A stretch of DNA of 63,916 bases, counting the filler, from Collodictyon triciliatum (Eukaryota), in the NCBI GenBank assembly GCA_043381765.1. It is 38 parts of 38 records of this genome, joined end to end, with 100 filler letters (N's around TTAATTAATTAA, not from the genome) between each part and the next. Parts side by side here need not be neighbours in the genome. Positions count along the whole stretch, not along the records: positions 52,268 to 53,847 come from JBHJMP010010710.1; positions 53,948 to 55,527 come from JBHJMP010010711.1; positions 55,628 to 57,206 come from JBHJMP010010712.1; positions 57,307 to 58,885 come from JBHJMP010010713.1; positions 58,986 to 60,562 come from JBHJMP010010714.1; positions 60,663 to 62,239 come from JBHJMP010010715.1; positions 62,340 to 63,916 come from JBHJMP010010716.1; 31 more parts are not named here. One strand, 5' to 3'. A program made the position numbers and the translations under genes. The notes beneath the pieces were generated by a model, which worked only from the letters and a program-made list of their open reading frames with translations, did no database searches and was not told the origin of the DNA. The stretch's first letter is position 1; each line of letters begins with the position of its first letter. Below, one piece after another: positions 53,190 through 63,916 of the stretch.

Positions 53190-53948
53190 ACTCTTCCTAC
53201 GCATACGATGAGGAAAATATGATGGTTTTCAATCGTTATGGGTGTTACAGATATGATTCCTTTTTATACTTGAAGAAAATATGCAACTCGACCACTTTTC
53301 AGGAGAATAATCCAATACATCACTATTTTTAGCTTCATCGCAAAGTCTGCGTTACAGATTTCAAGTAAAATGCACCTAGGTGTGGGTGAAGTGCATTTAT
53401 GATTGAATTGAGATTTTACCAAAAATTCGATGGTTGTTGATTTCTTTCCTTTCGTCTTTGCCTTAAATTCCTGTCAAAAGCTCTCATGATTAATAACCGG
53501 CAGAAGATAGAAGTGTTTTTTTCCTTATATTTAATCGATAAAAAGAAATAAAAGGAAACAAAATAAAACAAAATAATGGGCAAGATTGGGGTGGGTACTA
53601 ACCTCAATTCTTTGCATTCCTTGTAAGATGGAGTTTTGAATGGTACTATGATGTATTTTTGAACAAGAAAGAGGAATATCAGTTCAATAATGCATTTAGA
53701 TTTTGGGGGGTTGAAGAGAAAAAGAGAGAAGAGAGAGAGAAGAGAGAGAGAAGAGAGAGAGAAGAGAGAGAGAAGAGAGAGAAGAGAGAGAAGAGAGAGA
53801 AGAGAGAGAAGAGAGAGAAGAGAGAGAAGAGAGAGAAGAGAGAGAAGNNNNNNNNNNNNNNNNNNNNNNNNNNNNNNNNNNNNNNNNNNNNTTAATTAAT
53901 TAANNNNNNNNNNNNNNNNNNNNNNNNNNNNNNNNNNNNNNNNNNNNT

Positions 53949-55424
53949 CTAAAGTCGATTGTAAAGAATCCGGATGACTATGACGAAATCAACGATACGG
54001 TTATATTGTGTCATAATTTGGTTACCATCACTTATATGTTTGCAAGATGTTACATATTGAAATCACAACAACTCCCAACAATCGATGAAATGTTTTTTTT
54101 GTACGCTTTAAAGACAGTCGGAGTAGCTTCACAAGATAGACACACAAGATTAAAAATCCAGATATGAGAGATGACATGATGACTTTTTATCTCTATGATT
54201 TTCGATTCCATTTGTCCCGAGAAGAACGCTTTCCATCGGTTGGACTGTCTCATGTATCACCGTACTTGGCGAAGCAAATGTTAACAGCTTATCATAATAA
54301 CATTAACAAACATTCTGTTAAGATATTACTGCGTTTATTAAATCAAACAGTTCCTAAAGATGAGAATATTACGGAAGCTACTAAAAAGGCAGAGTTACCA
54401 AAGTTTAAAAAAGCCATCTTCAAGAAACTCGAAATACCAAAGCAATATAAGGAATGAGCTATAATGCATTTGCATCATATCATCCCAGCGATATGGTAAA
54501 TGGTATCGAATATATGGTCAAAGTCAATCCGAAGTACATTCCATATCTGATTTACATGAATCGCATTTTTTGAGGACATTGCAACTTAACTGTTTCAACC
54601 AATCCCTATAAGAACTAACACTATAATGTCATATTACTCTAGATACTACATGTGCGATAGATATATTAGTAACAACTGGAAAACATTATTAATGAAGAAT
54701 ATATTAGAACGCAAAGAGACCCTATGGGATGAGTTCTTTGAAATCAAATAGAGTGTCTTTCATGAAACAGACTAAAATTTTCAATACATGATTTTTTTAT
54801 TCTAAAAATCTTAGCTGTTGAGCCCGTCTCAACAATCATTTTCAATACATGATACAAACAGACGGCTTGGCGGTGTCATTATTGTTTGAAAATAAGGTAT
54901 TTCAAATTCAAAATTCCAAACATAATCAAAAAACACTAAGAATATGTTTATATAGATGAACTTTCCGAGGAGCAGTTATCTTTATTAGGGAAAATAATAA
55001 TAGTTGGAGTGGATGCAGGCAAGTTTAATTTGGTTTACATGGTGGATGAGACAGGTAAGAAATTACGTTACATGGCACACCAAAGAAGACTTGATAGCAA
55101 ATCTCTTAAAAATCACAAACTACTCTTGCACAATAAAGAAAAAAAGAATGCTTCAGGGATATGCATGGCAACAAATTTTCACAAAGTGTTGTTTCTTTTG
55201 GTCAAATGACTTTTGATGAGAATCAGCGGTTTGAGACATCAAGAGCATCTTTAATCGATTTAGAGACAGAACTGAGTAAACATAATTCATGCACAGTCGA
55301 TTATGAAAAATTTCGAAAATATGTATCTATGAAATCAAGATACCAGATAGAATTTTCCAGATTTTATGAACAGGTGACTTTACGAAAGATGAGGAGACAG
55401 TATGTTAATACAAAAAAACGTTAA
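53949..55424 (+). pseudogene. Fanzor1-type endonuclease, degenerate copy 2 (N-terminal part through RuvC-I, 3'-truncated)
   Basis: LKSIVKN...INDTVILCHNLVTITYMF; YLAKQMLTAYHNNINKH; MIQTDGLAVSLLF; intact RuvC-I IIVGVDAGKFNLVYM. Alignable by eye at DNA level to 3486-4423. Confidence 0.9.
54777..54853 (-). mobile_element. 45-bp retroposed (LINE/SINE 3'-end) insertion with a 16-bp target-site duplication
   Basis: ATTTTCAATACATGAT at 54777-54792 and 54838-54853; the homologous site occurs once in copy 1. The insert has the hairpin TGTTGAG/CTCAACA and ends AATAAAAAA on the minus strand. Confidence 0.8.
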
Positions 55425-55646
55425 CGCGAGCTGGAGACAAGCACGAACTCCGCAAGTCCTTCCAAATCACCGCTCTCTAATGCTTAATATCACCAATAGG
55501 GAGCTATGGATAGGCACACGCGCGGCANNNNNNNNNNNNNNNNNNNNNNNNNNNNNNNNNNNNNNNNNNNNTTAATTAATTAANNNNNNNNNNNNNNNNN
55601 NNNNNNNNNNNNNNNNNNNNNNNNNNNAAAAAAAAAAAAAAAAAAA

Positions 55647-55686
<40 letters not shown>

Positions 55687-55783
55687 ACCAACAAAAAACG
55701 ACAACCTTCTGTTACATTGTTTGTCACTTTTTTTTAGTAAAAGATTTTCCTATATAGCATTATGGTGTGAAAGAAAGGGGTGA

Positions 55784-56255
55784 CCTATTAGCTCATCGGC
55801 CTCACTACTGATATCTAGATAGTCTTCCTCTGTCTGGTCCGACTTCCCTCCAAAAGCATGGGAAGACTCTGCACTGGAGCGAGCGCACTGCTCATCACCG
55901 TTGTCATTGCCTCCGCCCACAAATAATCCACCAGAAGACTCTGCTTTACTTTGCAAAGCTAAATTCAAGTGAGTAAGCTTCACTTTGGAGAAATCAATGA
56001 CGTAAGGGTTTGGCTTCGGGCTCTCGGGCTCGACGTTACCCTCATGGCCAAAGCCTGCAGGCAAACCCATCAAACGTGGGGTCACGTCAAGTGCCGATTG
56101 CACCAAACTGCGAAGAGATGCATTTCGTCGTTCGCTTTCGTCCTCTTCCATTTGAAACCTTTAGGGGTTACTCAGGCTACGAGGCAGCAATATTTTCAGT
56201 AATACAGTAGAAAGGATACTGGTATTATCGATGAATAAGTAGCCCTGAGTAAACC
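55784..56255 (-). CDS. Exons of an unknown protein
   Basis: Long open exon FQMEEDESERRNASLRSLVQSALDV...SSEADELI. No family recognised. Confidence 0.4.
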
Positions 56256-56803
56256 TTGTATCGAATAAAGGAAAAAAAAAAGTAGCCTTGGGCAAGGAGG
56301 GCTTTGGGTGCTGGAAGAGGGGTGCGATCGTGTCTGGCGCTGTCGGTTAAACAGTATATTCCACATATAGATGAAATAGAAAGGGAGAGTGCAATATAAT
56401 AATAATAATGATTGTTGAAAAAATTAGGTAAATTATAGTATATATAAAATAAGGAAGATAAATAATAAATATTATATATTCCAATAATAGGGAATTGACT
56501 CTTCTCAATTTGATTCGTGGCGGGTTTTATTATTTTAAATTTATTTCCAAAGATGGATATATCATCGAGGTATATAGTCCAACAAAATCAAGGTATTTAT
56601 AGGATTAGCCAAAGGGAAAAGACATAAAACTTAATTGGGGGATTGTGGGATCAGTTATTGCGGCGGCTGTCACCACGGACGCCACCGCCTAGCTCTTTCG
56701 CCAAAGACCTAACACAAAGCTACTTCATGTTGCCCTGCCACGGGTTTGATTCGCAACACCAAAGTACTAACTGGAAGAATCGGACAAATTACACAGAAAG
56801 GAA

Positions 56804-56912
56804 ATGAAAATTCTTGTCACGGGCGCATCCGGCTACATCGGCGAGGAAGTTGCTTTGGCTCTCCGACGTCGAGGACATCAAGTTTATGGCCTTGTGCGCA
56901 GTCAAGAAAAAG
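56804..56912 (+). CDS. NAD(P)-dependent epimerase/dehydratase (extended SDR), first exon
   Basis: MKILVTGASGYIGEEVALALRRRGHQVYGLVRS, the TGxxGxxG Rossmann motif. Confidence 0.85.
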
Positions 56913-59082
56913 GTTTTCCCTTTCGACAAAAACTATATCTAAGCCGACGTTTTCCTCTTGCTGTTGCTGTTGCTGTTGCTGTTGCTCTTGCTTCTTTTCT
57001 GTTCCCTCTTTTCTGTTCCTTATTCATTCTTCTGCTTAATATTTGATTTTGCCTTTTTTATTTCTATATATTGTTTTCAAGCAAGGGTGGCCTTGGGAAC
57101 AAAAAACAAAAAACAAAAAACAAAAAACAAAAAACAAGAAACAAGAAACAAGAAACAAGAAACAAGAAACAAGAAACAAGAAACAAGAAACAAGAAACAA
57201 GAAACANNNNNNNNNNNNNNNNNNNNNNNNNNNNNNNNNNNNNNNNNNNNTTAATTAATTAANNNNNNNNNNNNNNNNNNNNNNNNNNNNNNNNNNNNNN
57301 NNNNNNCCAAATAATCAAACACAACGCTTTAAAAAGTAAACAAATATATCAAAGATAACTAAGTTCCAATAAAAATAAATTCATAAACAGTTTCTTTCTA
57401 GTAAATTTGCCCAATCATTTTTCTGTAAGCCATCAATCACAAAGACCAATATGTAATAGATAGCGCAGTATAAACCATATTTCCGGCACAAAAACTAGTC
57501 ATTCACTTTCATCATACTGGATTTTTTTTAACATAATCAAACGCTAGACATGAATTTTACAAATAATATATTTCACGAACCGTGAATATACTCTTTTTAT
57601 ATTATATTCATTTCGTCTCAAATAATAATAATGAGACACTTGATTTACTCAAATATTCGACTCTTCTTAATAATTCATTCACAAATGATGCAAAATAAGA
57701 TTTTGAGATATCAATAAGCCACTGCGCACTGCAAGCGTAATCGCGGTCTTCAAGAGCCAACAATGATAATGCGGCCCATACACTATTTTTGTTTAAAAAA
57801 ATCACAATATTTACGCATTAATGATGGTGTTGCTGATACACACAAATCATAGCAATAATAATAATGATTATAATAGATGAACTGGTGTCATTTTTTCCCC
57901 TTATTCGAGTCAAAGTGCAGCGAGGTTATGCCATACAAAAAATGAACTGGTTATATAAAGTTGAACATAAAACTCATCGATAATTAATTATTGTTGTTGT
58001 CAATTTATCGTTAGCCCATCCCTATATTTAGCCTACCTACACCGTCCTAAAGTTATATATATCTTAATAAATAACATGTGCATAGCCATTTTGTGCTTTA
58101 TTTCGATTTAGCAAAATTGCCTTTCTATTACTTTTTCTTTTTTCTTCTTCCTTTCAATTTGTCCAAAATGACGGAGGTTTTGTATTTGATGCATTACCTT
58201 TTCTTCTACAGTCCAATAATACAGTTGTGCCTTCGCTACAAAGTAGTGATACAAGTTGGATTGGGCTACATGTCAAGTCGGAGCAAGAACTGAATTTAGG
58301 ATTCCCTCCTATGCGCCTGGTAAGTATCAAAATAATCTCATCACATATATTGCTACAATACCTAGATTCTAGACTTCAACATCATCCATGGCCAGATTTC
58401 ATCGAACTATAACAATGGCGCATAAGATTTGATTTTAAAATAATATAAAAAACAAATCACACTGGTCTAGTATTTCTTTTGACATACGAAATTCTACAAA
58501 TTCATTGGCATGAAAAGTCTTGAGGCCAACTTATTCACTAAAAATATATCAGCGTCGTTGTAATTAACTTCCTCGAATTTCAAATAATAGAATTAACCTT
58601 ATACGCTATGAACATAAATAAACATTCTTGATGCAACAAAAAGTAACATGAAAATTAAAAAAGTCAGTATCAATCATAGATGATGTGTCATACTATTAAT
58701 TTATTATCTGCGATTTTAATTTTTTATGCATATACTGTATATTTTCTTGCACAACATTACATATATCAATGCGTGTCATTTCCCACCAACTCAAATCAAT
58801 TCACATTTATTTGCATAATTCTGAGAGTTTCTCATCATTTCTACTCTATCCAAATCAATCTGCACATATTCTCATTAATCCACATNNNNNNNNNNNNNNN
58901 NNNNNNNNNNNNNNNNNNNNNNNNNNNNNTTAATTAATTAANNNNNNNNNNNNNNNNNNNNNNNNNNNNNNNNNNNNNNNNNNNNTTGTTTGTTTTTTGT
59001 TTGTTTTTTGTTTGTTTTTTGTTTGTTTTTTGTTTGTTTTCTCATTTTTGTCTGAAAATGTAATCAAAATTGTGTAATAAAA

Positions 59083-59518
59083 ATGGAACCATCAGCAACA
59101 ACGACGCATTTTGATGCCTTCCTCGACCACTTGAAATCACAAGGACTGGACGGCATCTGGGATCTGAAACCTCTCATGAACGTGAGGACACCATCATAAG
59201 AATTATCATAGACATAGATACTCGAATCAATCTCTTTGAGCGCATTATTTCCTTTGCAACCTACCACGTCCATCACATTTGACGCAAGAGTGCGACTGCG
59301 AGCTCTGAATCGTTGCCTCATGGTGTGGCTAATCGTTTTCTCAGGGAAAGGAACTGGCCCAGCATCTCGGGATGAAGCCTGGACCTGGCCTTGGTGTCCT
59401 ATTAGACCTGCAAACACGCTGGCAGATTGCGCATCCATCCGGCGACATAGCCGCCTGCAAGGCGTATCTACTCGAGGAGCACTTCAAGATCGTGTCGAAC
59501 GGAAATAAACCAAAGTAG
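59083..59518 (+). CDS. CCA-adding tRNA nucleotidyltransferase, C-terminal exons
   Basis: QGLDGIWDLKPLMN|GKELAQHLGMKPGPGLG...RWQIAHPSG..AACKAYL, TAG at 59516-59518. Confidence 0.8.
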
Positions 59519-59709
59519 GCCTCCCTCTGCTGCCTTCCTCTGTAAAGTGGCCATGATTATCTGCTTTGTAGCTTTTATTCTGCTATTTGCTCTGTATCTT
59601 GTTTTATTTTATGTTCCTGGATTGGGTGAGACTGAGAAGCAAAAGGTGTGGGCCGGTGGGCGACACGGGCGGGACTGCAAATAATCCCTGGCGTGGAGTC
59701 TGGAGCTGA

Positions 59710-60464
59710 TCACAGCAGGAACTTGTAGTAGAGAACGCCAAGAATGACGACAAGGAGAAGAGCGACCGGGGCATAGCGCTCGATCATCGCCTTCTGGTTG
59801 AGCCACTCTGCATTCTTTGTGTACTTCTGACTCTCGACAGACAGCTTGCTCGACAGAGAGGAGATTCCTAGTGCGAGGGGATGGGCTATGAGTCTCCGCC
59901 ATATTCCTCCCCGCCAAGCAGGGCAGCTACTTCAATCGCTGGTTGTTATAAAGTCGCACTATTCACACATATACACATACACATACATATTCGATTACAC
60001 ATAAAAGTCAATTATTTACGTTCAAGTCCTTCTCCTCGTCCAAGCACGTCTTGGATGTTCTCTGTGAGGACAGAGTGCACGTCCTGTAAGAGTTGTGGCA
60101 TAAAGGAGCAGATAAAAAAAGAATCGTCATGTGAACGGCTTTCCTTTCTCGATGTATAATATTTTCAAAATATGAACTTCAGCCTATTCGAGCTTACATG
60201 TATGGTTTGTTGGTTTTTTATATATATATATATAATAATGATATTAAGCACAATAATAGTCCAAGAATGCATGTTTGTTGGAATGTTTGTTTGATATGAT
60301 TGGTTTCCAATCAAATTGACACAATAATGAACAAAAATATATGTTGAGAGATGATAAACTTCCTCTGGTTCCAACCTGCAAGTCCTTTTTGAGTCTGTCA
60401 TACTTTGGATTGTGGCTCCCGCGGGAGTCTTCGTACATCTTTTTGTAACGCTGGATTGTCGAAT
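59710..60464 (-). CDS. SEC22: SEC22 R-SNARE, 3' exons
   Basis: IQRYKKMYEDSR...LKKDLQ|DVHSVLTENIQDVLGRGEGLE|RISSLSSKLSVESQKY...RYAPVALLLVVILGVLYYKFLL*. Confidence 0.9.
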
Positions 60465-60916
60465 CTGTTTGTTTGTTTGTTTGTTTGTTTGTTTGTTTGT
60501 TTGTTTGTTTGTTTGTTTGTTTGTTTGTTTGTTTGTTTGTTTGTTTGTTTGTTTGTTTGTTTNNNNNNNNNNNNNNNNNNNNNNNNNNNNNNNNNNNNNN
60601 NNNNNNTTAATTAATTAANNNNNNNNNNNNNNNNNNNNNNNNNNNNNNNNNNNNNNNNNNNNACAAAACAAAACAAAACAAAACAAAACAAAACAAAACA
60701 AAACAAAACAAAACAAAACAAAACAAAACAAAACAAAACAAAACAAAACAAAACAAAGTAATGCCGCCTTTCTGAAGCGAGACAAAAGCGAGCACTCCCC
60801 CAAGCATCGCAGCGCCCGGTGCGCGTTACTTTATCTTTGTTATTTCCCTCCTTGATTTGATTCAAAGCAAAAAGAGTGATGAGCCAACTTGTCCTGTGGC
60901 AAAACGTAGTGAAGCC

Positions 60917-60990
60917 CACCCCCGACGGGACTCGAACCCGCAATCGCCGGATTAGAAGTCCGACGCCTTATCCAATTAGGCCACGGGGGC
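60917..60990 (-). tRNA. tRNA-Arg (anticodon UCU), intronless
   Basis: GCCCCCG/CGGGGGT acceptor stem, D-arm TGGCCTAATTGGATAAGGC, anticodon arm TCGGA-CT-TCT-AA-TCCGG, T-loop GGTTCGAGTCC, and a TTTT terminator about 13 nt downstream. Confidence 0.96.
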
Positions 60991-62770
60991 TTCTACTTGA
61001 ATGAAATGAAGTGGTTATGTAATATAAACACTGATTTTAAGTCCTTTTGCGTTCTGGACAAAAAGGATTTTTTTAAGCACATTCTTACGGAATAAATGCT
61101 GATATATATGTATTTTTCTTCTTTTTTTGATATTCTGTGCCTTTGCCAATTTTTCGCAAGCAGAAATTATAAAATACATCGAGGGGGAATATGAGTATGG
61201 AGAATTGGATAAGGGGTTTATTTTTCCTGCTGCAGGTGTGCTTTCAGTCCATTAAGATGGCTCCGTGGCTGGGAGGGTAGAAAGTCGGGCAGCCGCAAGT
61301 GACTTCAGTTTGGGGGTGGGGCCGAAGTCGCATCGTCTGGACTAGAAAAGACGCTCCCAGTTTCAGGAGAGAAGGGGTCGTATTCTATTTCCTACATAAT
61401 TGCTTGCTTATTATTACAAGAACGAAAAGACATAGCGAGGGCTTCTATCATCCCCTTTATTCCATAGGTTGATTGTTTGAGAAAAAGCTTCGGCACAGTG
61501 TCGGTTTGTGCGAAATGTTTCAGAGGAGCTTATTCCAAGGTTTATGAGTGATTATATGTGAACAAATTGAAGATACCTCTGCAAGAACATTCTTGACTTT
61601 TTTTAGCTCAGCCAACGCGTACTGTAGGCGAAATATGTCCATTTTCCCATCCCTGGCATGTTTTTGATTGTTTGAAGATGAAAGTTAAGATAAAAAAAAT
61701 AGTAAAAAAGTGAAAGGACTATCTTATCAAGCTATACACAAATGTATAGACTTGGTGGTACATAATTAAAACCAGTGCGTTATGGATGTTTCATTTTTTA
61801 TACTATTTTTGTCTTTTTTCTCTGCAGAAAATAATAAATGATAATGCAACCCTTTTTGGATGAGCTCTGTGTGTAAAACGTCTATACTTCTTTGTAGCTC
61901 GGATGCCATTTGACTTTGGATAGCTCTCAACTTACCAATCTCCTTCTAATAAGACAGAGTTAATCAACTTCTCTTTTCTTTCAAAAATGAAATGGATCAA
62001 GATAACTTGGAAAAACAATTAAATTCAAAAAAATAGATAATAGAGTACAATAAAATGAAATAGGGGAAAGAAATAAAGGACAAAAAGAGAGAGAAAAAAA
62101 AGAGAAAAAAAAGAGAAAAAAAAGAGAAAAAAAAGAGAAAAAGAGAGAGAAAAAGAGAGAGAAAAAGAGAGAGAAAAAGAGAGAGAAAAAGAGAGAGAAA
62201 AAGAGAGAGAAAAAGAGAGAGAAAAAGAGAGAGAAAAAGNNNNNNNNNNNNNNNNNNNNNNNNNNNNNNNNNNNNNNNNNNNNTTAATTAATTAANNNNN
62301 NNNNNNNNNNNNNNNNNNNNNNNNNNNNNNNNNNNNNNNTTTTGTGTGTTTGTTTTTTTGTGTTTTTGGTTTTTTTTTTTTTTTTTTTTTTTTGGTTTTT
62401 TGCGAAGCAAAGACATACGCCCTCAACGTAACAGAGCACGGTGGCATTAATTGACATAAATTCCAGATATGTATAGGATATTCTGGCGAACTCCGTTCTA
62501 TCAGGAACATTCGAAGAATCGAACATTCTATTTTGTGTGCTTATTTATTAGTCTGACATATTTAATGTTATTAATCATGTCCCTCGAGAGGATTTTCTCT
62601 TGATTTAAGGCAGCCGAGGTGAGCGTGAGAGCTGGGTGAATCGCTTCAGAACCGGGAGAATGTCTGGAAGAGCGAGTATGACTGACTCACTGTGGGTTTC
62701 CTTCTGCTTAGGGTCTCTGGGCATCTCTTATCCGTCATAATTTTTCTGAACCTTCTTGCCAACCTGCGAT

Positions 62771-63604
62771 ATGGAGTTCCCTGCGTTGGGAAGATCGTGC
62801 GAGTATGCAGAATGCCGGCTTTTGGGTGGGTCTATCATTCCAAAGAACCTGCTGGCAGTGCCTGTGCAGGATAAAAAAAATAAAAAAGGACTTCATTAGC
62901 CCATCAATACAGAAGTTAAACTATTCTCTCTGTCATCCTTTCCACTCTTTTTTCTCCTTTTTTTTTTTTTTGAAAGACAACAAGGCTGAATGATAACTGA
63001 AATTACCTTTCATAGATTTTTTACCGTATCACTGCGACCTTTGCAATAAAACGCTCTGTCATGACCACCGAACGTATGAAGGACACAAATGTACCTCCAA
63101 AGATATCAGAGACACGCGGGTGCCAGTGTGTCCCATGTGCAATGCTCCAGTGGCAGTTAACAAAGGCCAAGACCCAAACATTCGCATGGAAGAGCACCTG
63201 AGTTCAGGCTGCAAAAAGAAACCTTTTCGAAACGCAACTGGAAATCCTCTGAAACATAGCTGCTCTCGTTCGGGTTGTAAACAAAGAGAATTCGTTCAAA
63301 TTGTGTGCAATTCCTGCCAGAAAAACTTTTGCACAAGGTAGTGAATTTATCGATAATGTTGAAAGTGTTTGATAAAATTATGAGACTTTGTACCAAGATT
63401 TTAGGGCACCGTGGTATTGCATCATTCCTCTCTCATTCAAATGTCCTCCTCTTGCCATAACCTCCGTCACTCACCAGGCATCGACTCCAAAGCGAGCACC
63501 AGTGTCCCTCCGCCGAGCGTATTCGCGGTTCATGTCAAAGAACAAGCATGCTTTCATCGGTGCCTATTTCGTCGCGCCTCCTTCACCAATCTGTAAAAAG
63601 CTGA
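62771..63604 (+). CDS. AN1-type zinc-finger protein, ZFAND2/AIRAP-like (complete, 3 exons)
   Basis: MEFPALGRSCEYAECRLL|DFLPYHCDLC...HRTYEGHKC...VPVCPMC...CSRSGCKQRE...CQKNFCT|RHRLQSEHQC...KS*. Confidence 0.92.
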
Positions 63605-63916
63605 ATGCCGATATTTCAGTAGCCTTGGAATGGACGGCATGGGATGGGACGAGGAACCAACCAGCAATCAGACTCTCACCTCCTTTGAAGGATAATTGTG
63701 TACAGACAAAGATAAAAATACTGCCACAAAGGCAGACATCTTTTTCCACCTTCATGTCTACTTTATATATAATATGGCGTTATATTTTGCATAAAATTTA
63801 CCTTTTGAAAGATACAAAACCCAGGATGGGACTGTCAAATCGTAATGAATATATTTTCCGCAAATGTATTATTCCGTTTTCCCTTTTTTGGGTTCATCAC
63901 ATCAGTCAAACTTCAT

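Noticed and set aside
56210-56219. GTATCCTTT U12-type donor (also at 1570 on the plus strand)
   Set aside because: The phase does not join the downstream exon, whereas a nearby GTATTA donor does. The 1570 match is antisense to the likely coding strand.
59064-59438. 124-aa minus-strand ORF
   Set aside because: It is the antisense shadow of the CCA-adding enzyme exons.
61261-61614. Apparent structured RNA near the tRNA (CTGGGAG/CTCCCAG, GTGACTTC/GAAGTCGC, CGTCT/AGACG, GAAAGTC motif as in RNase P/MRP)
   Set aside because: Conserved-region order does not fit RNase P/MRP, SRP or snRNAs, and the pairings compete with each other. The minus strand gives plausible exons (YALAELKKVKNVLAE; EIEYDPFSPETG...). 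An Rfam scan would settle it.

Overview
The window is not one locus. It is about 38 unrelated contigs of about 1.58-1.59 kb, in decreasing length order, joined by artificial 100-bp linkers (N44-TTAATTAATTAA-N44), so adjacency across linkers means nothing. The DNA comes from an AT-rich, intron-rich, microsatellite-rich eukaryote, probably a flagellated protist (it has epsilon-tubulin), and it uses the standard genetic code. Splicing exons by hand recovered fragments of Piezo, PIG-O, epsilon-tubulin, ZRSR2, spatacsin, a SAPS/PP6R protein, TMEM144, a ZIP transporter, SEC22, CCA-adding enzyme, a ZFAND2-like protein, a Loa1-like acyltransferase, and WD40, Kelch, LRR, C2 and RING proteins, plus tRNA-Arg(UCU). 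Main highlight: two decayed, overlapping copies of a Fanzor1-type (eukaryotic TnpB-like RNA-guided nuclease) gene that together span almost the whole protein, with a structured candidate omegaRNA/right end directly 3' of copy 1. Other highlights: a 45-bp retro-insertion with a 16-bp target-site duplication inside copy 2, an L1/Tx1-like RT relic, and a pentapeptide-repeat plus hypervariable 135-bp WD40 array resembling NWD/HET-E-type immune sensors. All family assignments are from motif recognition by eye; no database search was run.
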